Of a stretch of 64,000 bases of DNA, positions 1 to 8,583 are shown piece by piece. The position numbers and the translations under genes were made by a program. Every line of letters starts with the position of its first letter. Position 1 is the stretch's first letter. The notes beneath the pieces are model-generated. The model was not told where the DNA came from. It searched no databases and saw only the letters and a list, made by a program, of their open reading frames with translations. This DNA comes from an uncultured candidatus Brocadiaceae bacterium (GTDB lineage: Bacteria > Planctomycetota > UBA1135 > UBA2386). The stretch is taken from positions 1 to 64,000 of the forward strand of contig CAZABP010000022.1 of NCBI GenBank assembly GCA_964483245.1, written 5' to 3'.

Positions 1-8
1 TGCGCGAT

Positions 9-57
9 GCTGCGCCGTTCGCAGCAGGGGTTCATGAATCATGCGGGCTAGGATCTC
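9..57 (+). repeat. conserved 49-nt element, copy 1 (copy 2 at 11424-11472)
   Basis: GCTGCGCCGTTCG(C/T)AGCAGGGGTTCA(T/C)GAAT..TGCGGGCTAGGATCTC shared with 4-5 mismatches; contains hairpin GCTGCG-CCGTT-CGCAGC. Confidence 0.7.
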
Positions 58-285
58 GCTCCTTGCCCTCGGCCGCGTTCTGCAAGTTCGTCGAACGGGA
101 ATGAACGACCTGCAGGGCGCGCGCGCGGTCGCGCCGGAGCAGGCGTGCGGCGCGGTGTGCTTCGCAGCGGTGCATGCTCTGCACGACGGTGCAACAACTG
201 CGTGCGCGCTGTGGTGCGCAGCGCAGGTGGCGGCATCCGCGTGGCGTGCGCCTGCGGGCACGTGCTTTGCGCGTGCACGCGGGTG

Positions 286-1119
286 ATGGGCCGCCCGCGG
301 AAGTCGTTGACTGCGCACGATGCCACGATTTCGGCGCTCGGCCTCGGGACCTGGGACTTGCGCGGTGATACCTGCATCGCCCGCGTCGCCGATGCGCTCG
401 AGCTCGGCTATCGACACATCGATACGGCCGAGATGTACGACAACCACCGCGAGGTCGGCGCCGGCATCCGCCGCAGTCGTGTGGATCGCGAGCAGGTGTT
501 CCTGACCACGAAGGTGTGGCGCGACGACTTGACACGCGGCGGTGTGCTCGCGAGCACCGAGCGCGCGCTGACGGAGCTCGGCACCGAGTATGTCGACCTG
601 TTGCTGATCCACTGGCCGAGCGACGATGTTCCGCTCGAGCACACGCTCGACGCGATGCTGGAGCTCCGTGCGCAGGGCAAGGTGCGCCATCTCGGCGTCA
701 GCAACTTTGCGCCGCCGTGGCTCGAGCGCGCAGTCGCACACGCGCCGATCGTCTGCAATCAGATCGAGTACCACCCTTTCCTGGCACAGGACGACGCGTT
801 GCTGCAGATCCGCGAGCACGGTCTCGCGCTGATCGCGTACTGCCCGCTGGCGCATGGCCGGGTCGCGACGAACGCGGCGCTGCGCGAGATCGGCCAGGCG
901 CATCGCAAGTCGCCGGCGCAGGTCGCGCTGCGGTGGCTGCTGCAGCAGGACTCCGTCGGCGCGATCCCGAAGGCGGCCGATCGCCGGCATCTGGAGCAGA
1001 ACTTCGACGTGTTCCATTTCTGCCTGGACGATCTGCAGATGCACCGGGTCGGCGAGCTGGCCGACCGCGGCGAGCGGTTGCCGGAGCGACAGCTCGTGCG
1101 CGGCCGGCGCGGCCGTTGA
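286..1119 (+). CDS. aldo/keto reductase (2,5-diketo-D-gluconate reductase-like)
   Basis: ALGLGTW and IDTAEMY signatures, LIHWP motif, about 277 aa. ATG at 286 chosen because AKR N-terminus aligns there; the longer ORF upstream is Arg-rich. Confidence 0.8.
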   Translation: MGRPRKSLTAHDATISALGLGTWDLRGDTCIARVADALELGYRHIDTAEMYDNHREVGAGIRRSRVDREQVFLTTKVWRDDLTRGGVLASTERALTELGTEYVDLLLIHWPSDDVPLEHTLDAMLELRAQGKVRHLGVSNFAPPWLERAVAHAPIVCNQIEYHPFLAQDDALLQIREHGLALIAYCPLAHGRVATNAALREIGQAHRKSPAQVALRWLLQQDSVGAIPKAADRRHLEQNFDVFHFCLDDLQMHRVGELADRGERLPERQLVRGRRGR

Positions 1120-1137
1120 ATCGCGGCGCCGCCCGGA

Positions 1138-1876
1138 TCAGGCGACGCTGCGCGCCGTGCGGGCGAAACCGAGCACGCGCCGTTCTTCGTCCGGATCGCG
1201 GGCCAGCGTCCGGATCGAGCGATCGAGCAGCGTCTCGAGCCACGCACCGAGCCCTGCCGGGGCGGTCGGCCGTCGCTGGAAGTTCTCGAACGCCTGCAGG
1301 AACACCTCCTCGACGCAGTCTTCCAGCGAGATGCGGACGCCGAGCTGCGCCGCGGCGTCCGGATGCAACTCGATCCTGCGGCCCAGGCGCATGCGCAACG
1401 TCTCGCGGTAGAGCGCGATCGCGTTGCGAAACGCCGGATAGTCCCCGTCAGCGGCGGCTTCGGCGAGCTGGTGGAGATCCGGCTCGACCGGCGCCCGCAC
1501 ATGCCGGGTCGGGATCTCGACCTGGCCGCGGCGCTCGCGGCCGCGTCGCTCGTGACCGTTGCGGGAGTCGCGGAACGCTCGCACGCTGCTGATCAGGCGG
1601 CGTACGCATCGCTTGAACGCGGGATGCGGGCGCGCAGCGATGCGCCGCGCGAAGAAGTTCAGGCTCCGGGCGAGCAGCAGGTCGAGCTTCACCTCCCACG
1701 CGCCGGTGCGCGCGTGCTGGGACAGATCGACATGCAGCAGGGATGCGGGGAAGCGTGCGACCACGCGTTCCAGCAGCTCCAGATCCTGCTCGCAGGCCGC
1801 CCATTCATGGGCGGAGAGGCTGCAGCGGTGCAGCGAGTATTCGACGATCAGCTCGTCGCGTCTCTCGAACGACATC
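1138..1876 (-). CDS. hypothetical protein
   Basis: 246-aa ORF from ATG at 1876 (MSFERRDEL...), GC3-rich codon usage, convergent with the AKR gene; no domain recognised by eye. Confidence 0.4.
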
Positions 1877-1950
1877 GAACCTCCTGGTGTCGGACTCGTC
1901 GTCGCGCCGGCGGCAGCAAGCAGTGTGCCTGCCGTGGCCGTGGCACGATT

Positions 1951-1963
1951 GGGGTCTGACCCC
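1951..1963. repeat. palindromic repeat GGGGTCTGACCCC (REP-like hairpin)
   Basis: Perfect 13-nt palindrome with partial T/A flanks, intergenic between genes 1985-4183 and 1138-1876. Confidence 0.8.
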
Positions 1964-1984
1964 TTTCTTGCCAAATGCCGCGCG

Positions 1985-4183
1985 TCAGAACCGGATGCGC
2001 GGTCGCTGCAGCCGGCGCAGCTCCGGGGTGCCTTCGATCGCTTCGACCCAGGCGTCGAGCGGCACGTCGGTGAACTGCTGCACGACTCCGCTGGGCCAGC
2101 GGATCTGCAGCCGCCGGATCGCGCGGGCGTTTCCGAGTCCGATCTCCTGGCGCAGCGTCGAGCCGCCGAAACTGCTGACGGCGCCGGCGCAGCGATGCAA
2201 CGTGCGCGGTCCATCGGGCGTGTCGAGTTCCAGCTGCAGGCGCGCACCGACCGCATCGCGGTTGCTGCGCGTGCCGCGCAGCTCGACGACGAGCTGATGA
2301 TTGCCGGTGCCGGGATTCACGTACAGCGCGTTGTAGTAGCGGTCGCCGGGATAGAAGCCGCCGAGCTGGTGGAACAGGTCCTGATCGCCATCGTGATCCA
2401 GATCGGCGAATGCGATCCCATGCCCCTTCTGCAGGTGACCGAGCCCGGCCGCATAGGTGACGTCGACGAAGCGCTGGCCGCCGTCGTTGCGCAGCAGCAG
2501 GTTCGGGATCAGCATCTCGTACCCCGGCTCACCGGTGCCGAGATAGATGTCGAGCCACCCGTCGCCGTCGATGTCGCCGAAGTTGGCACCCATCGGCAGA
2601 CTGACGCGCGCGAGACCGACCTCGCGCGTGACGTCGGTGAAGCGCCCGCCGAGGTTGCGATACATCCGCAGCGTCTCGCCGCCGGTCGGCGGTGCGGTCG
2701 CGCCATTGCTGCGTAGCAGATCGCCGACGACTTCGGCGAGCGTCGCCTGATAGCCGGCCACGAACAGGTCGAGCCGCCCGTCCTGGTCGTAGTCGAAGAA
2801 CCAACACGCAAAGCTCCGCCCGCTCGGCTCGGTCACCCCGAGCTCCGCCGCGACGTCGGTGAACCGCATGCCACCGTCGTTGCGATAGAGCCGGTTGGGA
2901 CCGACGTTCGAGACATAGAGGTCGAGGTCGCCGTCGTCGTCGTAGTCGCCGGCGGCGACGGCCTTGCAGTAGCGGTCGTTCGTCACGCCCGCCGCCGCCG
3001 CGACGTCGGTGAACCTGCCGTCGCCGTCATTGCGGAACAGCTGCGAGGGATAGTCGCCGCCCGGCGGCTCGCGCAGCTCGCGGCGGGATTCGTTGCCGAT
3101 GTAGAGATCGAGGTCACCGTCGCTGTCGAAGTCGGCCCAGACCGCGGCCTGCGTCGGTCGCGCGGGCATGGCGAGCCCCGCGGCGGCGGTGACGTCTTCG
3201 AACCTGCCGTGGCCGTCGTTGCGCAGCAGGGAGTTGCGGATCTGCCCATCGTCCATCAGCCACGCGCCGCGCAGGACCAGCAGATCGACGTCCCCGTCGT
3301 TGTCGTAGTCGGCCTGGACACAGTTGAGTCCGCCGAGCTGCCGTGCGAGCCTGGACTCGTGCCCGACGTCGGCGAACGTGCCATCGCCGCGGTTGCGGAA
3401 GCAGCGCATCGGCCCGAACGGATCGGACGTCGACGAGACCAGGTCCAGGAACCCATCCCGGTCGAGGTCGGCGACGACCGCCCCGCCGCAGAGATCGAGC
3501 GCCGCGATGCCGAGCCGCGGGGCATGGTCGACGAAGCGCGGGATGCCCGGCGCGGTCACGTCCGGCAGCGCGATCTGCAGCGGGAGCGGGAGCGCGTCCG
3601 GGTGACGGGCGGCAGCCAGTGCGGCGACGTTCGCCAGCCAGCGGACGCCGAGCTCGTACGGCTGCGCCTGCAGGTGATCGAGGAACGCGCCGAGCGCGCG
3701 CTCGGCAGGCTCTGCTTCGCGGTGGATCCCGCCGCCCTGGAGCGGCCAGATGCAACAGTCGTGGTCGTGCCGGTCGATGCAGTTGCGGATCTCGGCACGG
3801 CGCAGCCAGGCGAGTCCCCGCCAGTAGTCGAGCTGCGGCAACTGCGCGCGGAACTGCGGCAGCGTCGCGGCGGCGCTGCGCGCACGCTCGATCGCAGCGG
3901 TCGCTTCCTCCGCGTTGCCCAGCCGCAGGTGCTGCCACATCAGCTGCACGTCCAGATCCACGCGGCGCACGTGCGCGTCCGGCGCGAGCTGCGCCCGCTC
4001 TGCCTCGAGCGCCCGCAGCGGTGCCTGCCCGAAATACGGGTTGCCGCCGGCCCGCAGCCGCTCCGCGACCGCGAGCAGGTCCGGCATCGGCGGCGGCGCC
4101 GCGGCCGGTTCCGGGTCACCGCCGCAGGCCGGGAGCAGCAGCAGGACCGCGGCGAGCGGGTGGCGCAGGCTGCGCGAGTGCAT
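1985..4183 (-). CDS. CRTAC1-family lipoprotein with FG-GAP/VCBS repeats and ASPIC/UnbV C-terminal domain
   Basis: Lipobox LLLPAC; many DxDGDxD calcium-binding FG-GAP-like repeats (DYDNDGDVDLL, DFDSDGDLDLY, DYDDDGDLDLY); C-terminal UnbV_ASPIC-like segment. Confidence 0.75.
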   Translation of the reverse strand: MHSRSLRHPLAAVLLLLPACGGDPEPAAAPPPMPDLLAVAERLRAGGNPYFGQAPLRALEAERAQLAPDAHVRRVDLDVQLMWQHLRLGNAEEATAAIERARSAAATLPQFRAQLPQLDYWRGLAWLRRAEIRNCIDRHDHDCCIWPLQGGGIHREAEPAERALGAFLDHLQAQPYELGVRWLANVAALAAARHPDALPLPLQIALPDVTAPGIPRFVDHAPRLGIAALDLCGGAVVADLDRDGFLDLVSSTSDPFGPMRCFRNRGDGTFADVGHESRLARQLGGLNCVQADYDNDGDVDLLVLRGAWLMDDGQIRNSLLRNDGHGRFEDVTAAAGLAMPARPTQAAVWADFDSDGDLDLYIGNESRRELREPPGGDYPSQLFRNDGDGRFTDVAAAAGVTNDRYCKAVAAGDYDDDGDLDLYVSNVGPNRLYRNDGGMRFTDVAAELGVTEPSGRSFACWFFDYDQDGRLDLFVAGYQATLAEVVGDLLRSNGATAPPTGGETLRMYRNLGGRFTDVTREVGLARVSLPMGANFGDIDGDGWLDIYLGTGEPGYEMLIPNLLLRNDGGQRFVDVTYAAGLGHLQKGHGIAFADLDHDGDQDLFHQLGGFYPGDRYYNALYVNPGTGNHQLVVELRGTRSNRDAVGARLQLELDTPDGPRTLHRCAGAVSSFGGSTLRQEIGLGNARAIRRLQIRWPSGVVQQFTDVPLDAWVEAIEGTPELRRLQRPRIRF

Positions 4184-4228
4184 GCGGCGCGCATGCTAGC
4201 CCGCATGACCTGACAGATTGGCGGAACC

Positions 4229-4247
4229 AAAGGGGTCAGACCCCTTC
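4229..4247. repeat. palindromic repeat AAAGGGGTCAGACCCCTTC
   Basis: 19-nt hairpin (7-bp stem, 5-nt loop) in the divergent promoter region between genes 4183(-) and 4313(+). Confidence 0.8.
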
Positions 4248-4312
4248 AGTTCCACGCGGGGGTGTGCCGATCTCCGACAGGCCGGGGCCAGCAGTCCCGG
4301 CAGGAGACTCGC

Positions 4313-5026
4313 ATGAAGCAGGCATGGATCGCGTCGTTGTTTCTCTGCACGGTCGGCCTGGCGCAGGAGCAGCCAGTGCCGCCAGCGCAGCCGATGCAGC
4401 CAGTGCCGCCGGTGCCGCAGCAGGCGCGCGTGTTCTTCGCGTTCGAGGATGCGCCGTTGCACCGCGTCCTCTCGACGATCGCCAAGATCTCCGGCCGGAG
4501 CGTCGAGGCGTCGGCGGAGATCCGTGAGCGGCCGGTGACGTTCCGCGTCAAGAACCTGCCGTGGCGCGATGCGGTGACCGCGATCGCGAGCTCGGTCGGC
4601 GCCACGGTCATCGAGGAGGATGGGACGCTGCGCGTCGTGGCACGGGATGAGCTCATGACGAAGCACTTCCAGCCGAAGTGCGTCGTGCTCGGCAGCGACC
4701 TGCTCGAGAAGCTGCGGAGCGAGCTGACGCCGCGCGGCACGATCGAGTTCTTCGACAAGAACAACCTGTTGATCGTGCGTGACGAGCGCGACGTCGTCGA
4801 CCGGATCGACGGCCTGATCCGCCAGCAGGATCTCGGGCTCCCGGAGCTCGAGAAGCAGCTGCGCGAGATCGCTCTCCGGATCGGCACGTTGAGCACGACG
4901 GGTGCCGCGACGGATGCCGCGCAGATCGCGAAGCTGCTCGCGACGACCGAGGAGATCACCAGGCAGCTGCGCGCGCTGCAGCAGCAACACCAGCCGGCGG
5001 CGCCTGCCCCGCAGCCAGGCCGATGA
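4313..5026 (+). CDS. secreted STN plus secretin-N domain protein lacking a secretin C-terminal barrel
   Basis: Signal peptide MKQAWIASLFLCTVGLAQ; STN-like segment (FEDAPLHRVLSTIAKISGRSVEASAEI...), Secretin_N-like segment (NNLLIVRDERDVVDRIDGLI); coiled-coil, Pro-rich C-terminus. Confidence 0.6.
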   Translation: MKQAWIASLFLCTVGLAQEQPVPPAQPMQPVPPVPQQARVFFAFEDAPLHRVLSTIAKISGRSVEASAEIRERPVTFRVKNLPWRDAVTAIASSVGATVIEEDGTLRVVARDELMTKHFQPKCVVLGSDLLEKLRSELTPRGTIEFFDKNNLLIVRDERDVVDRIDGLIRQQDLGLPELEKQLREIALRIGTLSTTGAATDAAQIAKLLATTEEITRQLRALQQQHQPAAPAPQPGR

Positions 5027-5760
5027 CGACCGAGGATCTCTACTCGCTGTTCGCGGAGTACTCCGGCCTGCCGGTCGAGGACGTCCGCAACGCGGCAGCG
5101 AACTACGCCCTGTTCAACCAGAAGCATTGGCGCGACTGCGCCGGCGAGACCTGGGAGGAACGCGTGCGCGAGTTCTACGCACGGGCGAACGGGTACGTGT
5201 TCGACCTGATCCATTCCAATCGCTCGAAGGAACACCTGCTCGCGATCTACCGGCACTTCGGGCATTGGCCGTGGATGCAGCGTGCGGGACCGGACGTGCT
5301 GGAGTTCGGTGGGGGACTCGGACTGACCTGTTCGATCTTCCGCGAGCTCGGGCGCAACGTGACCTACGTCGACATCGACGGGCCGGTGTCCAGATTCGCG
5401 CGGTGGTACTTCGCGCGCACCGGCCAGCAGGACATCGAGGTCTGGCTGACGCCGCAGGAGCGGGCCGTGCTGCCGCCGGACCGGCAGTGGGACTTCGTGT
5501 TCTCGGACTCGGTGATCGAGCACCTGCTCGATCCGTCTGGCACCGTGGACACGCTCGCGCGTGCCGTGCGTCCCGGCGGCGTGCTGTACCTGATCATCGA
5601 CGCGCACACCGTCGACGAACGGTTCCCGATGCACCGCCACATCCAGCTCACCGAGTTGTTGGCCGGCGCGCCCGCGCTCGCGGCGATGCATCACGTACTG
5701 CACGACGGGGACGGGCTGAACGTGTTCCGCGCCCCGGCGCGGGTCACCGTCGAAGCCTGA
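5023..5760 (+). CDS. class I SAM-dependent methyltransferase
   Basis: LEFGGGLG glycine-rich SAM motif; about 245 aa; ATGA overlap with upstream STN gene. Confidence 0.75.
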   Translation: MTTEDLYSLFAEYSGLPVEDVRNAAANYALFNQKHWRDCAGETWEERVREFYARANGYVFDLIHSNRSKEHLLAIYRHFGHWPWMQRAGPDVLEFGGGLGLTCSIFRELGRNVTYVDIDGPVSRFARWYFARTGQQDIEVWLTPQERAVLPPDRQWDFVFSDSVIEHLLDPSGTVDTLARAVRPGGVLYLIIDAHTVDERFPMHRHIQLTELLAGAPALAAMHHVLHDGDGLNVFRAPARVTVEA

Positions 5761-5835
5761 GCGATTGCAGCGGACGGGGTCGGCCGGCACGCTCGCCCCA
5801 TGGCTTCTCCTGTTGCATGGTCTCTGTCGGTTGCT

Positions 5836-5870
5836 GATCCCGAAGGGGTCTGACCCCTTTGGGATCAGGA
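5836..5870. repeat. extended palindrome GATCCCGAAGGGGTCTGACCCCTTTGGGATC
   Basis: 31-nt near-perfect palindrome containing the same core, in the convergent region between gene ends 5760(+) and 5875(-); likely a bidirectional terminator hairpin. Confidence 0.8.
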
Positions 5871-5874
5871 CCAG

Positions 5875-6990
5875 TCACTTTGCGCTGGCAGGGTCGAGCT
5901 TCCACTCGCCCCCGAGCGTCGATTTGCACGCATCAGGTGCTCCGTCGGTAGTGCACCGCAGCTCGATCCGGTCGCGCAGCTCCGGTTCGCCGCCCGCCAG
6001 CCGGATCTCGGGTGAGCGCGCCAACAGCCGGCGCCGCTGCGGATCCGTCGCGTCTCGCCACAGCTCGAACTGGTACCTGCCGGGCGGGATGAGCTTCAGC
6101 TCCCAACGACCGGGCGCCTGCGGGGGCGGGCGGATCTCATGGCTGAGGCCGGTGCCAACGCAACTGAATCCGAGCGTCACGCGTCCGGCATCGATCCCTT
6201 CGCAGGCGAGCTCCAGGCCGAGCGTCATGCTGTGCCCGCGCTCGATCGTGATGGTGTCGCTGCGCCATTCCGCGATGGATCGGATCGTTCTCGCAGCACG
6301 CGGGATCACGCCGTCGCCAGCCATCCGGACCTCGAGCGACGCTGCTCCGTCCCGGATGTCCCGCACCAGGCGGAACATGCCACTGGCATCGGTGGTCAAG
6401 GTCTCGAACGCGCCGCTTCCGTTGTCGTAGCGCATCTGCACATTGGCGCTGGCGACTGGAACGCCCGCCGGATCCACCACGAATCCGATCCGGGCAGCCG
6501 CGGTCGTCAACACCGGGTTCCAGATCGAGGTCTCATCGGGACGCAACGTGAGTGTGGTCACGGCCTTTGGTCCTGGATTGCCGACCGTCCCCGGGTTGGT
6601 CGTGTGCCAGGCGACGAGGCGCACTTCGCCGAGTGGAAGCCCGTGCAGCTCGAAGGCGCCAGTCGCATCCGTCTCGGTTCGGATCGAGCCGAAGGAACCG
6701 TACTCGCCATGCTCGACGCCGATGCCCGTCTCGGCGCGTTCCCCTGTCGCCCCGTCATACGCCACGCCGCGCACGAGGGCCGAGCGTTGCAGCGTCAGCT
6801 CGATCGGGTCCTCGGTCCTCGATGCCCAGTAGATCTCGGTCTGCAGCAGCGCGAATCCCTGCGCCTTGACGGCGACCCGATGGAACAGCGGACTCGACAG
6901 CTCGAGGCCACGGATGGTCACCATCCCCGCCATGTCCGTGTGTAGTTCCTTCCCATGCGGCATGTAGTTGCAGGACGCTTTGCGCGTCAC
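5875..6990 (-). CDS. carboxypeptidase-regulatory-like beta-sandwich repeat protein, possibly the C-terminal part of the upstream sigma-fusion ORF interrupted by TAG
   Basis: No signal peptide; same reading frame as ORF 7015-8745, separated by one TAG at 7015-7017; repeated beta-sandwich-like segments similar to upstream ORF. Confidence 0.5.
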   Translation of the reverse strand: MTRKASCNYMPHGKELHTDMAGMVTIRGLELSSPLFHRVAVKAQGFALLQTEIYWASRTEDPIELTLQRSALVRGVAYDGATGERAETGIGVEHGEYGSFGSIRTETDATGAFELHGLPLGEVRLVAWHTTNPGTVGNPGPKAVTTLTLRPDETSIWNPVLTTAAARIGFVVDPAGVPVASANVQMRYDNGSGAFETLTTDASGMFRLVRDIRDGAASLEVRMAGDGVIPRAARTIRSIAEWRSDTITIERGHSMTLGLELACEGIDAGRVTLGFSCVGTGLSHEIRPPPQAPGRWELKLIPPGRYQFELWRDATDPQRRRLLARSPEIRLAGGEPELRDRIELRCTTDGAPDACKSTLGGEWKLDPASAK

Positions 6991-7014
6991 TGGGTCGAAG
7001 TCGCGAGCGACCCG

Positions 7015-8510
7015 CTAATGACCGAGGAACAGCGAAGCGTGTGGAACGGGATTGCCTGCGGCGTCCCGGATGCGCACGCGACGCTCGGGTGCGACCCTGC
7101 CGAGCGTCAGTCGGATCTCCGCTGGCTCCAGCTCCTGGTTGATGCCGCAGAGCGGTGAGCGCACGAAGCCCTCGAGCTCGGCGCCCAGCATGAATGGACC
7201 GGTAGGTTTCACGAGGAGCTCGAACCGCCCCGACGCATCGGCACGACCGGCAATGGCGATTGGCCGGGCTGCGAGATCATCCGTCTGCATCAGGACCGCA
7301 CCTGCTGCAGGAGAACCGTCAGCGTGCACGACGACACCGCGCAGCCTGCGCGCGGGGGGCACATCGATCCGCAGCTCTTCCGTGCTGCCCGTGGCGACCT
7401 GCACGCGGCCACTGCCGCCACGGAACGGATGCGCGACAAACGACCCGGGTCCGAATGGGCCGAATCGTGCACGGCCATCGGCATCTGCATACGCAACCAG
7501 CGTCTCGTGCGCGGATCTCCTCGGACTTGCGAAGTACGTGTGCGCGATCGCGGCGCCCGGAACAGGAGTCTCCGTCCCGGCCTCGACGAGGCGGACGAGG
7601 ACCCACCCGTGAGGGTCTGCCGCCGGCGCCTCGGCGCGCCCTGATCCCTCCGGCGTTCCCTTCTCCGCGAGCTCGAGTCCGGCTGCCGGTGTCTCCTGCC
7701 CGAGGGCAGCGCTCACGGCTCCGGCAGAGTCTGTGGCAGATTCGTGGCCACCGGGCGAGCCATGTGCGCCGTTCACGATGAGCGCGCCCGACACCAGCAA
7801 TGCCGCCGCGACGACTCCGAGGACGAGCTTCTTCATGGCAAGTGCTCCGCCGATCACGATCGGTGCGACCGTTCCCGCGACTCCCGACGCCGCTGCCCGG
7901 ACGATCGCCTCGCGGGCTGCGGCCAGTCCAACTGCGGCCTCTGCGTGCGCCAGCACCGACACGGCCACCCCGGCCGGCAGCATGCGGCGCAACATCCCGA
8001 GGCCACGTTCGATCTGCTTGCGCACCGCAGCCGGCGATCGCCCGAGCGCATGCGCGATCTGGACCGAGCTCAGCCCGTGCAGCAGGCGGAGCACCAACGC
8101 ATCGCGGTATGGATCCGGCAGCGATTCGACGGCTCCGAGGACATGGTGCATCGATTCGCTGTCGATCGCGGCGCGCAGCGGATCCGGCTCCTGCGACTGC
8201 GGCGCGTCGTGCTGCAGCGCGTGCGATGGCCGTCGCGCCTCCGCGCGCCGTAGGTCCTGCGCCCGATGCGCGAGGATCCCCGCCAGCCACGCCAGTACCG
8301 GTTGCTCCCGATCCCAGCTCGCCGCATCGCGCACTGCCTGCAGGAACGTCGTCTGGACCAGATCCTCGGCGGAGGCCGGGTCGCGCGTCCAATGACTCGC
8401 CAGCAACAGCAGCTTCGGTGCTGCGCGATCGAACAGCTCCGCCATCGCAGCGGGATCCCCGCTGTGGCACCACTGTTCGAATGCCTCGTCTTCGGGCGCG
8501 CGCGTCACGC
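7015..8510 (-). CDS. ECF sigma-70 factor fused to transmembrane segment and extracytoplasmic beta-sandwich domain
   Basis: GTG start 8510; sigma region 2 (AEDLVQTTFLQAVR) and region 4 (LPDPYRDALVLRLLHGLSSVQIAHALGRSPAAVRKQIERG); then TM helix KKLVLGVVAAALLVSGALIV and about 270-aa periplasmic domain; no stop between the parts. Confidence 0.65.
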
Positions 8511-8554
8511 TGCGGATGCGACCGGTGGCGCGCGAGTGTGACAAGGTGAGACCG

Positions 8555-8579
8555 AAAGGGTCTGACCCCTTTAGGATCA
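8555..8579. repeat. palindromic repeat GAAAGGGTCTGACCCCTTTAGGATC
   Basis: Same core (one G short) 5 nt upstream of the MFS ATG and 45 nt upstream of the ECF sigma GTG (divergent). Confidence 0.75.
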
Positions 8580-8583
8580 CCGC

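Noticed and set aside
31-52. Possible tRNA T-arm-like sequence GGGGTTCATGAATC within the 49-nt repeated element
   Set aside because: No acceptor stem, anticodon arm or CCA context. It does not fold as a tRNA or as an att-site tRNA fragment.
32-1592. Several overlapping ORFs at the window start (32-535 minus, 41-286 plus, 516-1592 plus, 698-1243 minus)
   Set aside because: Arg-rich junk frames. Only the 286-1119 frame shows aldo/keto reductase motifs.
4246-5790. 514-aa antisense ORF covering the STN and methyltransferase genes, and similar antisense ORFs at 4196-4990, 11447-13228, 15880-17079, 23399-25327 and 55988-58996
   Set aside because: Compositionally biased (R/A/G/P), with no motifs. 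The opposite-strand genes have recognisable domains and GC3-biased codon usage.
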